A DNA stretch of 63,015 nt, the filler included, from Reclinomonas americana ATCC 50394 (lineage: Eukaryota): NCBI GenBank assembly GCA_048213135.1. It is 10 parts of 10 records of this genome, joined end to end, with 100 filler letters (N's around TTAATTAATTAA, not from the genome) between each part and the next. Parts side by side here need not be neighbours in the genome. Positions count along the whole stretch, not along the records: positions 48,477 to 60,188 come from AFZH01017376.1; positions 60,289 to 63,015 come from AFZH01017381.1; 8 more parts are not named here. One strand, written 5' to 3'. The stretch's first letter is position 1. Each line of letters begins with the position of its first letter. The notes under the pieces were generated by a model that made no database searches, was not told where the DNA came from, and saw only the letters and a program-made list of their open reading frames with translations. The position numbers were made by a program, and so were the translations under genes. Of this stretch, positions 50,828-62,574 are shown in pieces.

Positions 50828-52948
50828 CTACCGCTGATTGTCGGTACTGCTGCTCGCACCATCGGCCGGCACTTGCCGCTGGTACTTTCTGATCTGCTGC
50901 GTTAACCGAATGTGACGGCTCTTCATCTCCTCGATCCGTCGCTTGGCATCCTCGATGGCATACTGGATCATCACAGGTGAGCCCAACAACAACGAAAAGT
51001 TGAGGGTGTGCACACAAGAAAGTCGCTCACCTTGCGCTTCTCATAGTCCTCCAGGAGGCTAATGTCGCCCGCCAGTGGCATGCTCTGCTTCATGGTCTGG
51101 CTCTCGGTCTTGACCGTCTCGCGTTCGCGCTTCAGGCGAGCCAGCTCGTCGCGGAACTTGGTCACCTCCTTGTCGACGGCGGTGAGCTGTCGCTTCAGGT
51201 CCTGATTCTCGCCCTGGATAAAGTGGACCTTCTCGTTGACGTGCGTCAGGATGTGCACGGTGGTGGTGATCTTCTTGCGCAGCTTCAGCAGCTCCTCATT
51301 GCGCTCCTCGATCTTCTCGTGCAGCTGCTGATTCTCCAGTTTTTGTTGCTCAAAGTCAATGTAGTGCAGGTCCGGCGTCACCTGCATTGTGGGGAGAAGA
51401 GCAGTCAGACCTCTGGCAAGTGCAATCACACACATACAAACACAAACAAACCTGCTCCTTCTTCTGCAACTGATCGGCGAGCTCCTTCACACGCGTCTCG
51501 GCCTTGATGTTCTCCAAGCGCAGCACCTTGACTTGCTCGTCCTTGACCGTCTCGCGCTCCTCGTACTCGCTAATCTTCTTTGGCGGAATCTTCTTGCCGG
51601 TGCGCGAGAACTCGGCCTCGAGTGCAATCTCGCGCTTAAAGTCCGTAAAACTGTCGTGGAACTCCTTGGTCTGGGCCTCGCGCTCGCGCAGCCGCACCAT
51701 GTGCTCCTCCAGCACTTGCTGTGAGGTGGCACGTGCGCGTGTGTGTGTGTAAGTCAAAAGGCGAGGAAACGGAAAGTGTCCTCTCCGCTCGTCACGCAAC
51801 TCGCTTCTCAAACAACTCCTGCTGGTACGTGGCGCGTGCGTCGCGAATCAAACCAATCTGCCTCTCGTACGCCGCATCACTGGTGGTGCCTGGTCCCTCG
51901 GCGGCACGCACAAAGCGATCGTCGCCGAGACCGTCGAGATAGATCTTGATCTTCTTCTGGAACTCGAGGTTGGTGGTGACCAGCGTGTCGTGCACATCGA
52001 GCTCCTCCTGCAGCAGGCCGACCAACTCCAGCTTGCGCTCCTCTGCCGTCATCTCCGCCTCCCCACCCATCATGTGCATGTGCATCTCATCGTCGCCCAT
52101 GTCGTCCACATCGCCACCATCCAAGTACTGCACCGAGCCCGCATCGTCTCCATCATCGGCGTCATGCGCATGCAACTCGTCCTCGAAACCGTGCAGGTTC
52201 TGCTCATCGTCACCACCCTGCAAGCAAGAGTCAGTAATCAGGTACGCACGCTCGTGGGTGTGTGTGTCGGCAACCTACCCCGAGGTGCTCCACCGGCACA
52301 TGATCCGCCTCATCGCCGCCATCCTCACCCGCATACGGATCATACACCTCCTCGCCATAATCCGGCTCTCCTTCTGCCGGCGACGCCTCCACGCCCAGCA
52401 CATCACCCGACCGCGGTGTCTCGCCCGTGTACTCTCCCTCGTGGCCGCCCGCATACTCGACGCTGTCGTCGCCCGTCGCCATCATCTCATCGTACTCTCC
52501 CGCAGCCTCCTCATCGCCGTACCCCTCACCCTCAGAGCGGCCACTCAGCTCGCCTCCTCCTTGCCCGTCTCCTCCACCACCACTATACGCATCATCGTCA
52601 TCTGCAGGCACCACACAGGTCAGCGCTAGGAGCGTCAAAGGAGAGGCGACTTGCGCATACAAGACAGACCGTGATGTGCGTCCTCGCCGTCTTCATACAC
52701 CACATCGTCGACATCGCCACCGTCGTCGTGCATGTCACCGCCACCTTCGTGCTCCTCATCGTGCTCTGTGTCCCTCACAGTGTGAGCAGCAACGAGAGAA
52801 GGGAGAGGAGAGCGCGATGGAAAAGAGCGCACCGTAACGAGCACTGTCTTGTGGTGTGCCACCCGATGCGCTGCCACCTGTCACACACGGGATGAGGAGA
52901 GAATGGGGAGAGGGAGAAGAGGGGAGAGACGACCGCACCGTCAGACAT
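50828..52948 (-). CDS. CCDC96: Coiled-coil domain-containing protein 96 (CFAP184, DUF4201), multi-exon
   Basis: Acidic N-terminus, then SRTGKKIP...LRLENIK...LHYIDFEQQKLENQQLHEKIEERNEELLKLRKKITTTVHILTHVNEK. Confidence 0.9.
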
Positions 52949-53035
52949 ATGATGTAAAACGGCTTGTGATTAATTGTCCGTGGGTTGAGTGGAACGTGAA
53001 CGTTACGAATTGTCGCAAAGTGCGAGAGAAAAGCA

Positions 53036-54190
53036 ATGTCGCAGCCGGCCTTTGTGCAGTGCTCTGGCGCGTCGTTGTGTAGCAACATTAGCAGTAGCAG
53101 CAGCTGCAGCAGCTATGTGTTGTCGCCGCATGTGCGTGTGTTGGAGGGCCGGCGGCAGAGGAGAGCGAGAGACATGTTGCTGATCGCCGCCGCCGGCGGT
53201 CGTTCGCAAGACAACAGAGACGGGGAGAGTGGAGGCGAGACGAGTGGGGTGGATGTGGAACCGTTGCCGCCACCACCACCACCGCCTGTGCTGAAGAAGG
53301 AGTCGCCGGGGAAGCGTCTCGTTGTGATTTGTCGAAGCACTCCAGGTTCTGCAGCTGTGCTTCCCTGTGTGTACTGTCTTTTGTGTCTCACTCGTCGCCT
53401 TGTTGGAGTAGGCACTACGCAGCGGCCGTACGAAAGGGTGGGTGACATTGTCGCTGCTTCGTGTGGGAAGGTGCACTCATCATGACTGACTGTTCGGCTA
53501 CAGAAACGGGAAGTGGAACCAAGCAAGTCGCAAGGAGCAAAAGGTGAGTGCTGATGATGGTGATAGGATAGGAGATCAAACCTTCTTTTAAACCATGTGC
53601 TTATCACACACACGCAGTGGACAAGTTCAGTCAAGGGAGCACAGGGCGATCACGATCGGCGCGCCCCGGACTCAAGCTGTCTCCATCGCGGGATCCGCTG
53701 CTGGCCGAGTTGGACAGCCTCGTGCCACTCCATAAGCGTGATGCGCCGTTAGTGTAACTCGTTTGGTGGCTTGTGGAGCTCGCGATCGAGATAGGGATCC
53801 GGAAGGAAACGCATTTTGAGCGCCAACAACAAAGGGGGCAGCAACTGTGTTTCGACGATTTGCCACCCGGTCAGTATGCAACACACATGCACAAGTCAGC
53901 TGTACTTGAGTACTATCCACGGCACTTGGAGATCTGCAGGAAACAGTGCAAGATGTGACCCGGCGCACGTGATCATGAGTTGCGCAGCGATCCTGCAAAC
54001 CAGATCGCCAAATAGCATCCCTGTAACTGCAGTACATCGTGCTGGGCTACTCGTCGATGTTCGCATCGGGTTCCACGAGTATCGATCCAGCGCTTGCACA
54101 CAGAGCAACGTCGACTTCCGGCTCCCCAATTGCACCGAGTCGCGAGTTAACCACCATCAAAGACCGCAGGCGCAAAGACTAGCACGGTAG
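53036..54190 (+). CDS. Hypothetical multi-exon protein, head-to-head with CCDC96 (could instead be 5' exons of the next gene)
   Basis: Several short GT-AG-bounded exons join in frame to a stop at 54190; no family recognised. Confidence 0.4.
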
Positions 54191-54303
54191 CAAGCTCTAC
54201 CATCCATCTCCCTCGCCGCCGACCATCCACGTTCAAAACAACTTCGACGGACAAGAGCTGTCCGTCCCGCACAATCACGCACACCGACACCGACCGACAG
54301 AGA

Positions 54304-57300
54304 ATGCTGCGCGCGGGCATTCGCCAGCTGCTGGACCGCTCTCCACTCACCTCACACGAGGCACACACTCGCGCGCTGGCCGTGACTGCCAACGACGCAG
54401 CGTGGGAGGCCTTTTGCCATGCCGCCTCGTCGACCATGCCCACTCCCGCCCGAGACAAGAGCAGCAGCGATGTGGTGATGCGTGGCGCTGATGATGGCGA
54501 CGACGACGATGCTGCTGCAAGAGCAGGAGGAGAGGCGGCCGCATTGATGATGCAACTGCGCACATTGTGGTTCACGCGGAATGCACGACAGGAGGAGGAG
54601 GATGAGGAGAAGCAAGCGTGTGGTGCTGAGTTTATGGTGTTTGAGGTACGTGCCTTGGTTGTTGAGAGGGGGTGTGTGCACGCAGGAGAGTTGTCTCTGA
54701 ATCGATGAGTCGCAGGATGGTGTGAGTCCACCGCGGGTTTCCACGGTGCTGCCGCCGGGATTGAAGCCGCCGCGGTACAAGCCTGCACTCGACATGCTGA
54801 ACAGACTAAAGGAATATGTTTCGTGTGGCGTTTGACTGCATTCTCCCTGTCTTCTCTCCACTCAGTTCACGTGGTGCAGGAATCGGGCTGGCCATTCCTC
54901 AAGCCGGTGACGGTGCAGCAGGCGTTGGATTACTTTGATGTGATCAAGGAGCCCATGGATTTCGCCACAATGACCAAGAAGCTGAAGCAGCGTCTGTTGC
55001 GTTTCTCTCTGCTCTCGTCCACCAATGGTTTGCCTTGCGCTCACGCCGTCGCCACAGGTACCCGAACAAGGCGGCGTTTGAGCGCGATCTGAAGCTGGTG
55101 TTTGACAATTGCCGCGAGTACAACACACAGGAGGTGCGTGCGTGTGTGAGAGAGAGAGAGAGAAGTTTGGCATATTGCGACACGTGTTGCTCAAGTCGCT
55201 GTGTGCTGTGCAGAACAACATTTGGGTGCAGTACGCCAACGCCACCGAGGCATTTGCCGCCAGTCTGATTGACAGCGTGCGTTTTGCTCTCCCCTCCTTC
55301 ACACACGGTGCTCATTTTTTGTGCTGCTCACATGACTCGTGGCGTGGTAGGTGCCGGACGACGCATTTGGGCCGAGGACCGAAGACGAGGAGCCGCAGGT
55401 GCTGGATGACGCGGATCTGTTCGACATTGTTCCCTCGTGGACGGCGGCCGATGATTCCAGCAAGGTACGAGCATGCCGTGTCTATTATTTCTGCGCTCTT
55501 TGCGTGAGCTTATCGTCTGTGGTGTGCAGACATTTGTGGAGCAGCCGGCTGCGCGACACGCCTTGTGCGACCACGAATCGCTGTGGTTACCCGACGGTCG
55601 CCGCATTCCCAACCTGCACAACGAGCTGGTGCTGCAGGAGTTTTCGGAATTCATGACCACGTCGACGACGGTGGCCAACGCAGCGGCCGCCGCTGCAGCG
55701 GCTGGCTTGGGTCCACAGCCTCTTACTGCGCGTCAGTTGGAGGATGTGGTGAGCGAGTTCATGGAGAAGACAATGGGAAGCAAGGCTCTGTCGCTGGATG
55801 TGAGTGGAGGCGTCGGGGAGTGGGAAAGTACCTCACATGATTCACTTATGCCCTCCCACCTGCAGCATGCACGAGCGGCAGTGGTCCGTCACCACACTTC
55901 TACCTCAATCCAAGTGCGTACTCCTTCGTGTGTGTCTCTCTCTTTCTCTCGCTCGCCAACGTGATGTGCCTATGGTTTATCGCAGTCGGTGACACCGAGC
56001 GCCACTCTTGTATTTTCACCCTTCCGCGGTCTCCCGGGCGACACTCTGGTGGCCTCCTCGCACCAAGTGGGCTTTGTGCCACCTTTCGAGCCGGCGTCGG
56101 CCGCTGTCGCGCCGGTGGTGGCCGAACGGCAGGAGGTCGACTTTGTGAAGGCCATCACGCCGATGCACGAGCACATGCGCACACTGGATCGCATCTCGGC
56201 GTACCGCAAACTGGTCCTCGATCTCAAGGTTCGTGTGTCCGTGTGTGTGTATGCGGCGGTGTGTTGTGTTGTGCTCAGCTCCACTGCCTGTCGTAGCGAC
56301 GTGCGGCGCGACCCATCAGTCACTACTTCCGCCCGGACGACGAGGAGGTGGAGGGCATCATGGCCAAGCACGCTGCCGAGGGCCGTCGCGGTGACTGGAA
56401 GTGGTTGCTGGACAGGCGGCGAGCGGCGCCAGAGCCGCGCGAGGAACATGCGCGACATGGACGCGCACTGGCCAAGCTCATTGACGGTGGCGAAAGTCGA
56501 CTGGCACTGGAGACAGTGGTGCAAATTGCATTGCTGCATGTTGGCTACGACGGTGTGTGTGTGCGTGTGCAATTACACTCTGTGGTCTGTGTGTGCTTAC
56601 CGCGTGAGTCTCGGAGCAGGCATCTCGTGTCAGGTGCTGGATGTGATGTTGGACTTGTTGGATTCGTTCCTCGGGCGGTGTGGCCGAGCTGCAAGGGCCG
56701 TGGAGGATGGAAATCGGCGACCAATGACGGTGGTGCGTGGCGCGGTCTCCCTTGTGCATGGTTTTCAGTTTGCTGACATGCTGCCAATTTTTGTAGGGCT
56801 CGTGCGTGCCATTGCTGGCGATGATGGGCTGCGGGAACACGTCGCAACTGACCGAGTGGCTGCGCAAGTCAACACGCGGTCAGCGACAGAAGCTGCTGCA
56901 GGCCGAGGTGTCTCTTGGCGAACAATACGCAGAATTCCAAATGGTTCATTCGTCGTCTGTGTGTGCATTATCGTCTCTGTCGGCGTACTCACCATCTCCG
57001 TTGTGTGGTGGTGACAGTATCAATTCCGTGCCTCCACCATGACACGGTCAATCCTGGGTCGCGGCACTGGCATCACCGGCTTTGGTTTCGGCGATCCGTC
57101 GCAGGCGCGCAGTATCGCCTTTAACGAGAATCGTCTGCTCGGCTTTTACGAGGAACCGGTGCGTCCGCACGTCCGGCGCTCCCATCCTTTCCCTTCGCAA
57201 CCCTCACTCTGCTCTGCTCTGCTTTATCCATCAACAGCCGCGGCCTCCACTTCTCAGTGCCGTCGGTGTACCACCTCCACCGCTCCCTCGTGTGCCGTCT

Positions 57301-58054
57301 GTGGGCCCGCCCGCGAACTTCCCACCGCCACCGCCACCGCCCTCGCACCTGCAGATGCCGCCGCACGCACAGTCGCCAGACGCCGCTGGCCTCAAGTTGA
57401 AAGCGGCGAATCGGAAGCGACCACCCATCAAGTTGCGTCTCCATTGGCCACCACAATAGGCTTTCTGTGCATTCTCTGACTTTCTTGTTGTCCATAGGCC
57501 GGAGGCTGGAGACGATGGTCTGCTCGATGCCACTCAGGCTGTCAACCCTATCCTTTTAACACTTGTCTCGCACTGCAGGTTCACGGCCACCACTGAAGAA
57601 GAAGAAGAAGGTGGTGCCGGCGACGTACATGCCACCACCAGTGGGTGCGCCGCCGCCACAATCCGCGGGTGTCATGGGGGGTGGCCATGCCACTGTTGCG
57701 TTTGCAGCCGTGTCTCCGCTGGTGTGCGTGCGCGCCACGCATCAGCCCCTCACTTCGCTGCCACTCTGCAGCTCGTCGAGCCGCCACCGCCCATCTCGGC
57801 CTTGCCACCACCTGGTCCGACTCCACCCGTCGGCATGGCGGCCCCTGCGTTTGTCATGGATCCCGCTGGCGCTGGCTCACCGGCCATCAGTGCCACAGTC
57901 ATCACCACCGGCAAGAATGGCAAGCGCCCAGGACGTTGCGGCCGAGGGGAGGGATTTGCATTTTCTGTTTGACTCTTGCTGACGTTCTGTTAATACTGCT
58001 GCAGTCGTCATCAAGAAACCGGGTCTTGACCAGAAAAAGAAGCGCAAGAAGTAA
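54304..58054 (+). CDS. SPT7: SAGA subunit Spt7-like protein (bromodomain plus C-terminal histone fold), multi-exon; start uncertain
   Basis: WPFLKPV...DYFDVIKEPMDFATMTKKLK...DLKLVFDNCREYN (bromodomain); ALETVVQIALLHVGYDGISCQVLDVMLDLL (Spt7/TAF8-like histone fold); basic tail KKKRKK*. Confidence 0.72.
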
Positions 58055-58174
58055 TCGTGAGCGTGGTGCTGGCGGCCGTGGAGGGAGCGCAGCGTATGTA
58101 AGGCGAATGAAAAAATCATCAATCTCGTGGTCCTCCTTGCTTCCGTCTGTCCTCTTCTCTTCTCAACTCTGACA

Positions 58175-60188
58175 ATGAGCGCGCCCGCATCAGTGCCGCT
58201 GACTCCCGACGAGGTGACTGCAGAGTGGCTGCTCAGCGGCCCACTTGCGGCGACAGGGTACGAAGCCGACGCCAGTCAAATCACTCTGCGACCTTTCGGC
58301 GAGGGCGGCTACCTCAGTCGTCTGCTCCTGGCCGAGGCACCACAAGTGAGTAGAGAGTGCACACGCAGCAATAGTATAGTATGCTGGGCGCCCTCATCCT
58401 CTCTGTGCATGTGTGTGTCGACAGTGGGCGGTGGTGATCAAATTTGCGCCTGCGGTGGAGAGCCTCACTCATCTGCATTCCCGCGAGGCCACTGGTCTCC
58501 GCCTGATGGGCCAACTGGAGAGCAAAGTGGCGCCAGAGTTGCTGTTCAGTCACGTGGAGCCGGACGGACGCGGTGTGTTGATCTTGGAGTACGTGCCACC
58601 GCCGTTCCGTGCATTGTCGGTGGTCGCCGGTCTCGATGTGTCGTCCGCCGAGATGCGAGCTATCCTGCGCACGGCCGGCCGCATGCACGGGTCGCAGCTG
58701 GACGGCGACATGGCGGTGGCGGAGCATTATCGACTGGAGACCGCGGCTGGCGCCGGCGATGTGCTGTCCACGTTTGCGCGATACAACCTCAGTTGCGGTG
58801 CGCTGGCCCGATCGCTCGGCTCGGCGCATGCGCTGTCGGCCAGCGAGCAGCGCGAACTCGAGGCCTTTGCGGACATGCTGCCCTCGATGTGCATGGCACT
58901 CTCCGAGAAGACCGCAGCGCACAACGCTTTTTGCCACGGAGGTTCACCGTGAACGTTCTTGCCAGCAATTTGGTTTGGCGACTGACAACGCTGTGCCGAG
59001 TGCACACAGATCTGTGGATCAACAACGTGCTGCTGCAACTGGGTGGCGACGAGCTTACGCCCGAGTGCCGTTTTGTCGACTTTCAGTTCTGTATGCGGGC
59101 CTCGCCGGCATTCGATCTGGCCTTCCTCCTGTGCATGTGCTGCCATCAACCAGCGTCGTCGCTCGGCGAGCTCGTGTGCATCTACTGGCGACAGGCGCCG
59201 GCGTCTGTGCGTGCCCTGTACGACGACGATGTCTCCAAACTGATTCGTGAAGTCAAGGAAGTGCTGCCGTACGGAGCAGCGCAGGTGCTGTCCGTGTTCT
59301 TCGTGTGCCGATCTTGATTGCCGCTCACTGAACGACACACTCACAGTCGATTGCCTCGATCGACTCCAACTGGCCAAGTCCTGACGACAACTCACTGTAC
59401 GCCGACATGGCGACGCGACAGCGCTTCGCTGTTCAAGTATGCACGGCATATGCGCGAAAGCACACTCCGCGCCCGATGTTGTATGCGTCGCTTGACGATC
59501 CAGCATTCCACATGGTCGGCGATGCGCCAGTGGCGTGGGATGCACGATCAGGCATGGGAGTGGCGCGCCCCGGCACCGACTACTGGCGGCTCACGTAGTT
59601 GCGTCGGCGACTCACCGACTGAGTGGAGGAGACGCTTTTATTTACCGAAAATCACGCAGCTACGAGCCGACATTGCTGACCGACAATGGCCACGCGGTGC
59701 TGGCACCCGTGCGAGAAGCTCGCGCCTGCATTCAGCTGGTCGGCATGTGTCTCGCACCGCCCGCTGACCTCACCACTTTTCGTCAGTTCGACCAGGCCGG
59801 TCTGATGGTACGCATCGACGAGCTCAACTGGATCAAGGCCGGCGTGGAGGTCGTCGACGGCATTCCCCGTCTGTCGAGCGTGATCACCGACCGCGGGTAC
59901 TCCGACTGGGCCACTCGCTCGCTGCCCTGCTCCGGCGACACCTTCAACGTCGTCCTCGATATGCGACTGCACATTATCAACGACAGTGTGGTGGTGGAGG
60001 CGCGACTGCCGTCGACCGACGAGTGGGAGATGATTCGCGTGGGACACCTGCAACGCGAGGCGGGAGGCGAGGTCCATGTGGGAGTCTACTTTTGCAGTCC
60101 CATGCGCCACGGCGACGCCGGCGTGCGAGTAGCGTTCCCCGATGTGCGCATCGTAGCTGGCAGTGATTTCGAGCATCGAGCCGAGGAA
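58175..60188 (+). CDS. EcKL/APH-like small-molecule kinase fused to a DUF1349 (Ree1-like, ConA-fold) domain; stop lost in gap
   Basis: PLTPDEVTAEWL, GEGGYLS, VVIKF, LILEYV, spliced HGDLWINN, VDFQ, PAFDLAFLL. In-frame continuation to GTDYWRLTYYEP...DNGH, QFDQAGLMVRIDELNWIKAGVEVVDG, YSDWA, VGVYFCSP. Confidence 0.8.
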
Positions 60189-60404
60189 NNNNNNNNNNNN
60201 NNNNNNNNNNNNNNNNNNNNNNNNNNNNNNNNTTAATTAATTAANNNNNNNNNNNNNNNNNNNNNNNNNNNNNNNNNNNNNNNNNNNNTACGTCCTCGCC
60301 TAATGTAACGGGTGCGTGCGCGCGCACGTGCAAAGTGTGTGTGAGCAAGCATGTGTGTTGGTGGCAAAGCAAAGAGAGTGTGTGTGAGGGTGTATGTCGC
60401 GCAC

Positions 60405-60501
60405 CTGCATTCATAGTGGCGTCCATCGTGGGATCTGCACCTCCCCCCGATTCGCTCAACAACTTGCCGGAACCGTGGCTCACGGCCGAATCGACCTCCA
60501 T
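60405..60501 (-). CDS. Possible first coding exon of an unknown gene running into the gap
   Basis: MEVDSAVSHGSGKLLSESGGGADPTMDATMNA followed by a GTGCGA donor. Confidence 0.35.
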
Positions 60502-61066
60502 GGCTGCGCACGCACGCACAAACACAGCGTGTATGTGAGTGAGTGAGAGAAACAAAGAGAGAGGCTAGACACACACACGCACGCAAGTCGCACAAAGGAA
60601 AGACAACGACGAGGCGAACAAGTTTGAGAACGCGCGCAACGCAAGTGCGATCTTTTCTCATTGTCTCCACACTGTGCATGCGAGACAAGGGCGCGCGACG
60701 ACGACGACGGAAGAGGAGAAGAGACGATGATTCATGCATGAGGTGAAGGAGACGCAGTGGGAGGGCAAGTGTGTCAGGAAGTGGCGCCATTGCACACTTG
60801 CTTTCGATTTGTCAAGAGAGAGGAGAAAAGGAAAAAACGGTTGTCTTCTCGTGCCCCTCTGATAATGCTCGCCGTCTCTCTCTCTGTGTGGTGCATGCGG
60901 CGCAGCGCAGCAAAACGCAGCAAAGCTCGCACCTTCCATCGCTCACACAATAAGGAGAGGGACAATTGTGGTGGAATGGGACTTTTAGACACACGAAAAC
61001 GGCCTCTCTTGCTTCCCTCCCCCCCCCCCCCGCCTCGTGACGCGCGATATGCATACAAACACGCTC

Positions 61067-62202
61067 TCAAAAGAGCACATCTTCACTTCTCAAGTACTCT
61101 CCACAATCGGCCTGGTGGAAAACCACAATGTCGGTGCTCTCGGCCTTGCGGCAGTCTTGTGTGGATTTTGCCGCCACTCCGAATCCCAGCGGCACGTCGC
61201 CCATGGACAGAAGCACGACACCAGCGTATCTAAAGAGAAGAGCGCCCCACGAGTGAGACACAAGTAGCAAGGAAGAGAGACTATTGAGAGAGAGTCGCAA
61301 CTGTGGTACGCTTTCGGTGATGCGACCAACGTGCGCCTTCAGCACGTGGTTGCCGTAGAGGAACGACATCTCACCGGACGGCTTCACCCACACCTTGTTC
61401 TGTGTGCGTTGTTATCGACCAAAACAGCAGCAATGAGCAATTGTGCATGCCAGAGCACGACAGAGAGATCCGAGTGTGCGAACCTCGGCAAACTGCACAA
61501 GGTAGTCCAAACATGTGACGTGCAGGCGGAACTTGCCCGACTTGGTGAACTTGCCAAAGCATGTGCCCAAGCCAATCAGATCGTCGCGGGCAATCGATGC
61601 TGCCTGCTTCATGTTGGCCTCACTGTGGAGACAACACATTGCCACGCTCTCAGCAATCGAGGCAGTACAGGGGAGGGGCGGAGGGGGGCAAAGAGAGAGA
61701 AAGAGAGAGGGACGACAGTGATGGAGAGAGAGAGAGAGACAGGGAGGGAGAGGGTGGATTGCACACCTGACATAGTACACACGATCCTTGTTGAGACGGA
61801 AGCAGTATGGCTCATCGGGTCTCTCGATCAGGTGTCTGATGTTGCGTCCAATGCTGCAGGTGGCGACGGTGAGCACAGGACACGCGGCAGGTCGCAGGAG
61901 TGGGCGGTGGTGTCGAGTGTGTTCGCTCGTGCACATGCACATGCACAGACCAGCAGCCCCTCAAAAACCACCCTCTCGCTCACTCGCATGCACCCTCACC
62001 TCCCTCCCACTTGCTCACATACGCACTGACACACGCAGCAGAGCAGACACACGCACACGCACATTCACATGATCTTTTCTTGTACCCCTTTCTTCTCTCT
62101 CTCTCTCTCCCTCTCTTTCCATCGCTTCTTTTGCACACAACGCAACTACTTGGCGAGTTTCTCAAAGAACACGCGAGTCTCTTCTTCTGTCAAAGGTCGC
62201 AT
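61067..62202 (-). CDS. NIP7: 60S ribosome biogenesis protein NIP7 (5 exons)
   Basis: [24 protein letters not shown]...[11 protein letters not shown]...[14 protein letters not shown]...[25 protein letters not shown]...[11 protein letters not shown]...[13 protein letters not shown]. Confidence 0.96.
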
Positions 62203-62290
62203 GGCGTGTTGTGGTGAATAGTTATGATTGATTGTGTCATCGGTCGGCCGAGTCGGACCGTCGATTTCACTACAACCGCGTTGGCTGGTA
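62203..62290. promoter_or_regulatory. Probable compact bidirectional promoter between NIP7 and RPS9
   Basis: Divergent genes; the RPS9 5'-UTR intron donor (GTAAGG at 62288) lies under 90 bp from the NIP7 ATG. Positional inference only. Confidence 0.45.
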
Positions 62291-62574
62291 AGGAGAACAC
62301 AATCCCTCTCCTCCTCCTCTGCGTATCGCTATGTCTTTTGGAGTGTGTGTATACATGCCGTACAGTGTGTGCCACTGTGTTCTGTCTCGTGCGCAGCGTG
62401 TGTGTGTTTGTGTGTGCGTGCGTGGTGCATGTGGCCATGCAAATGTGCGCTGCCCTCGCCCCTCCCTCTCTCCCTCTCCCCCGCTGGCTCTCTCTGGGTG
62501 TTTCTGGAGTTCAGAGTGTGGTAGTGATGTGAGGAGGTGCTCATCCCTGCACACGAACTCGCACAGGATCCAGG

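Noticed and set aside
59596..59598. In-frame TAG after TDYWRLT (and after LAK in NIP7), suggesting stop-codon reassignment
   Set aside because: In both cases the TAG straddles an exon-intron junction (TA|gttgcg), and TAA, TAG and TGA all serve as normal stops elsewhere in the window.
62288..62574. Possible intronic C/D snoRNA in the RPS9 leader intron (gtgatgt near 62524)
   Set aside because: Imperfect C box, with no downstream CTGA D box or terminal stem.
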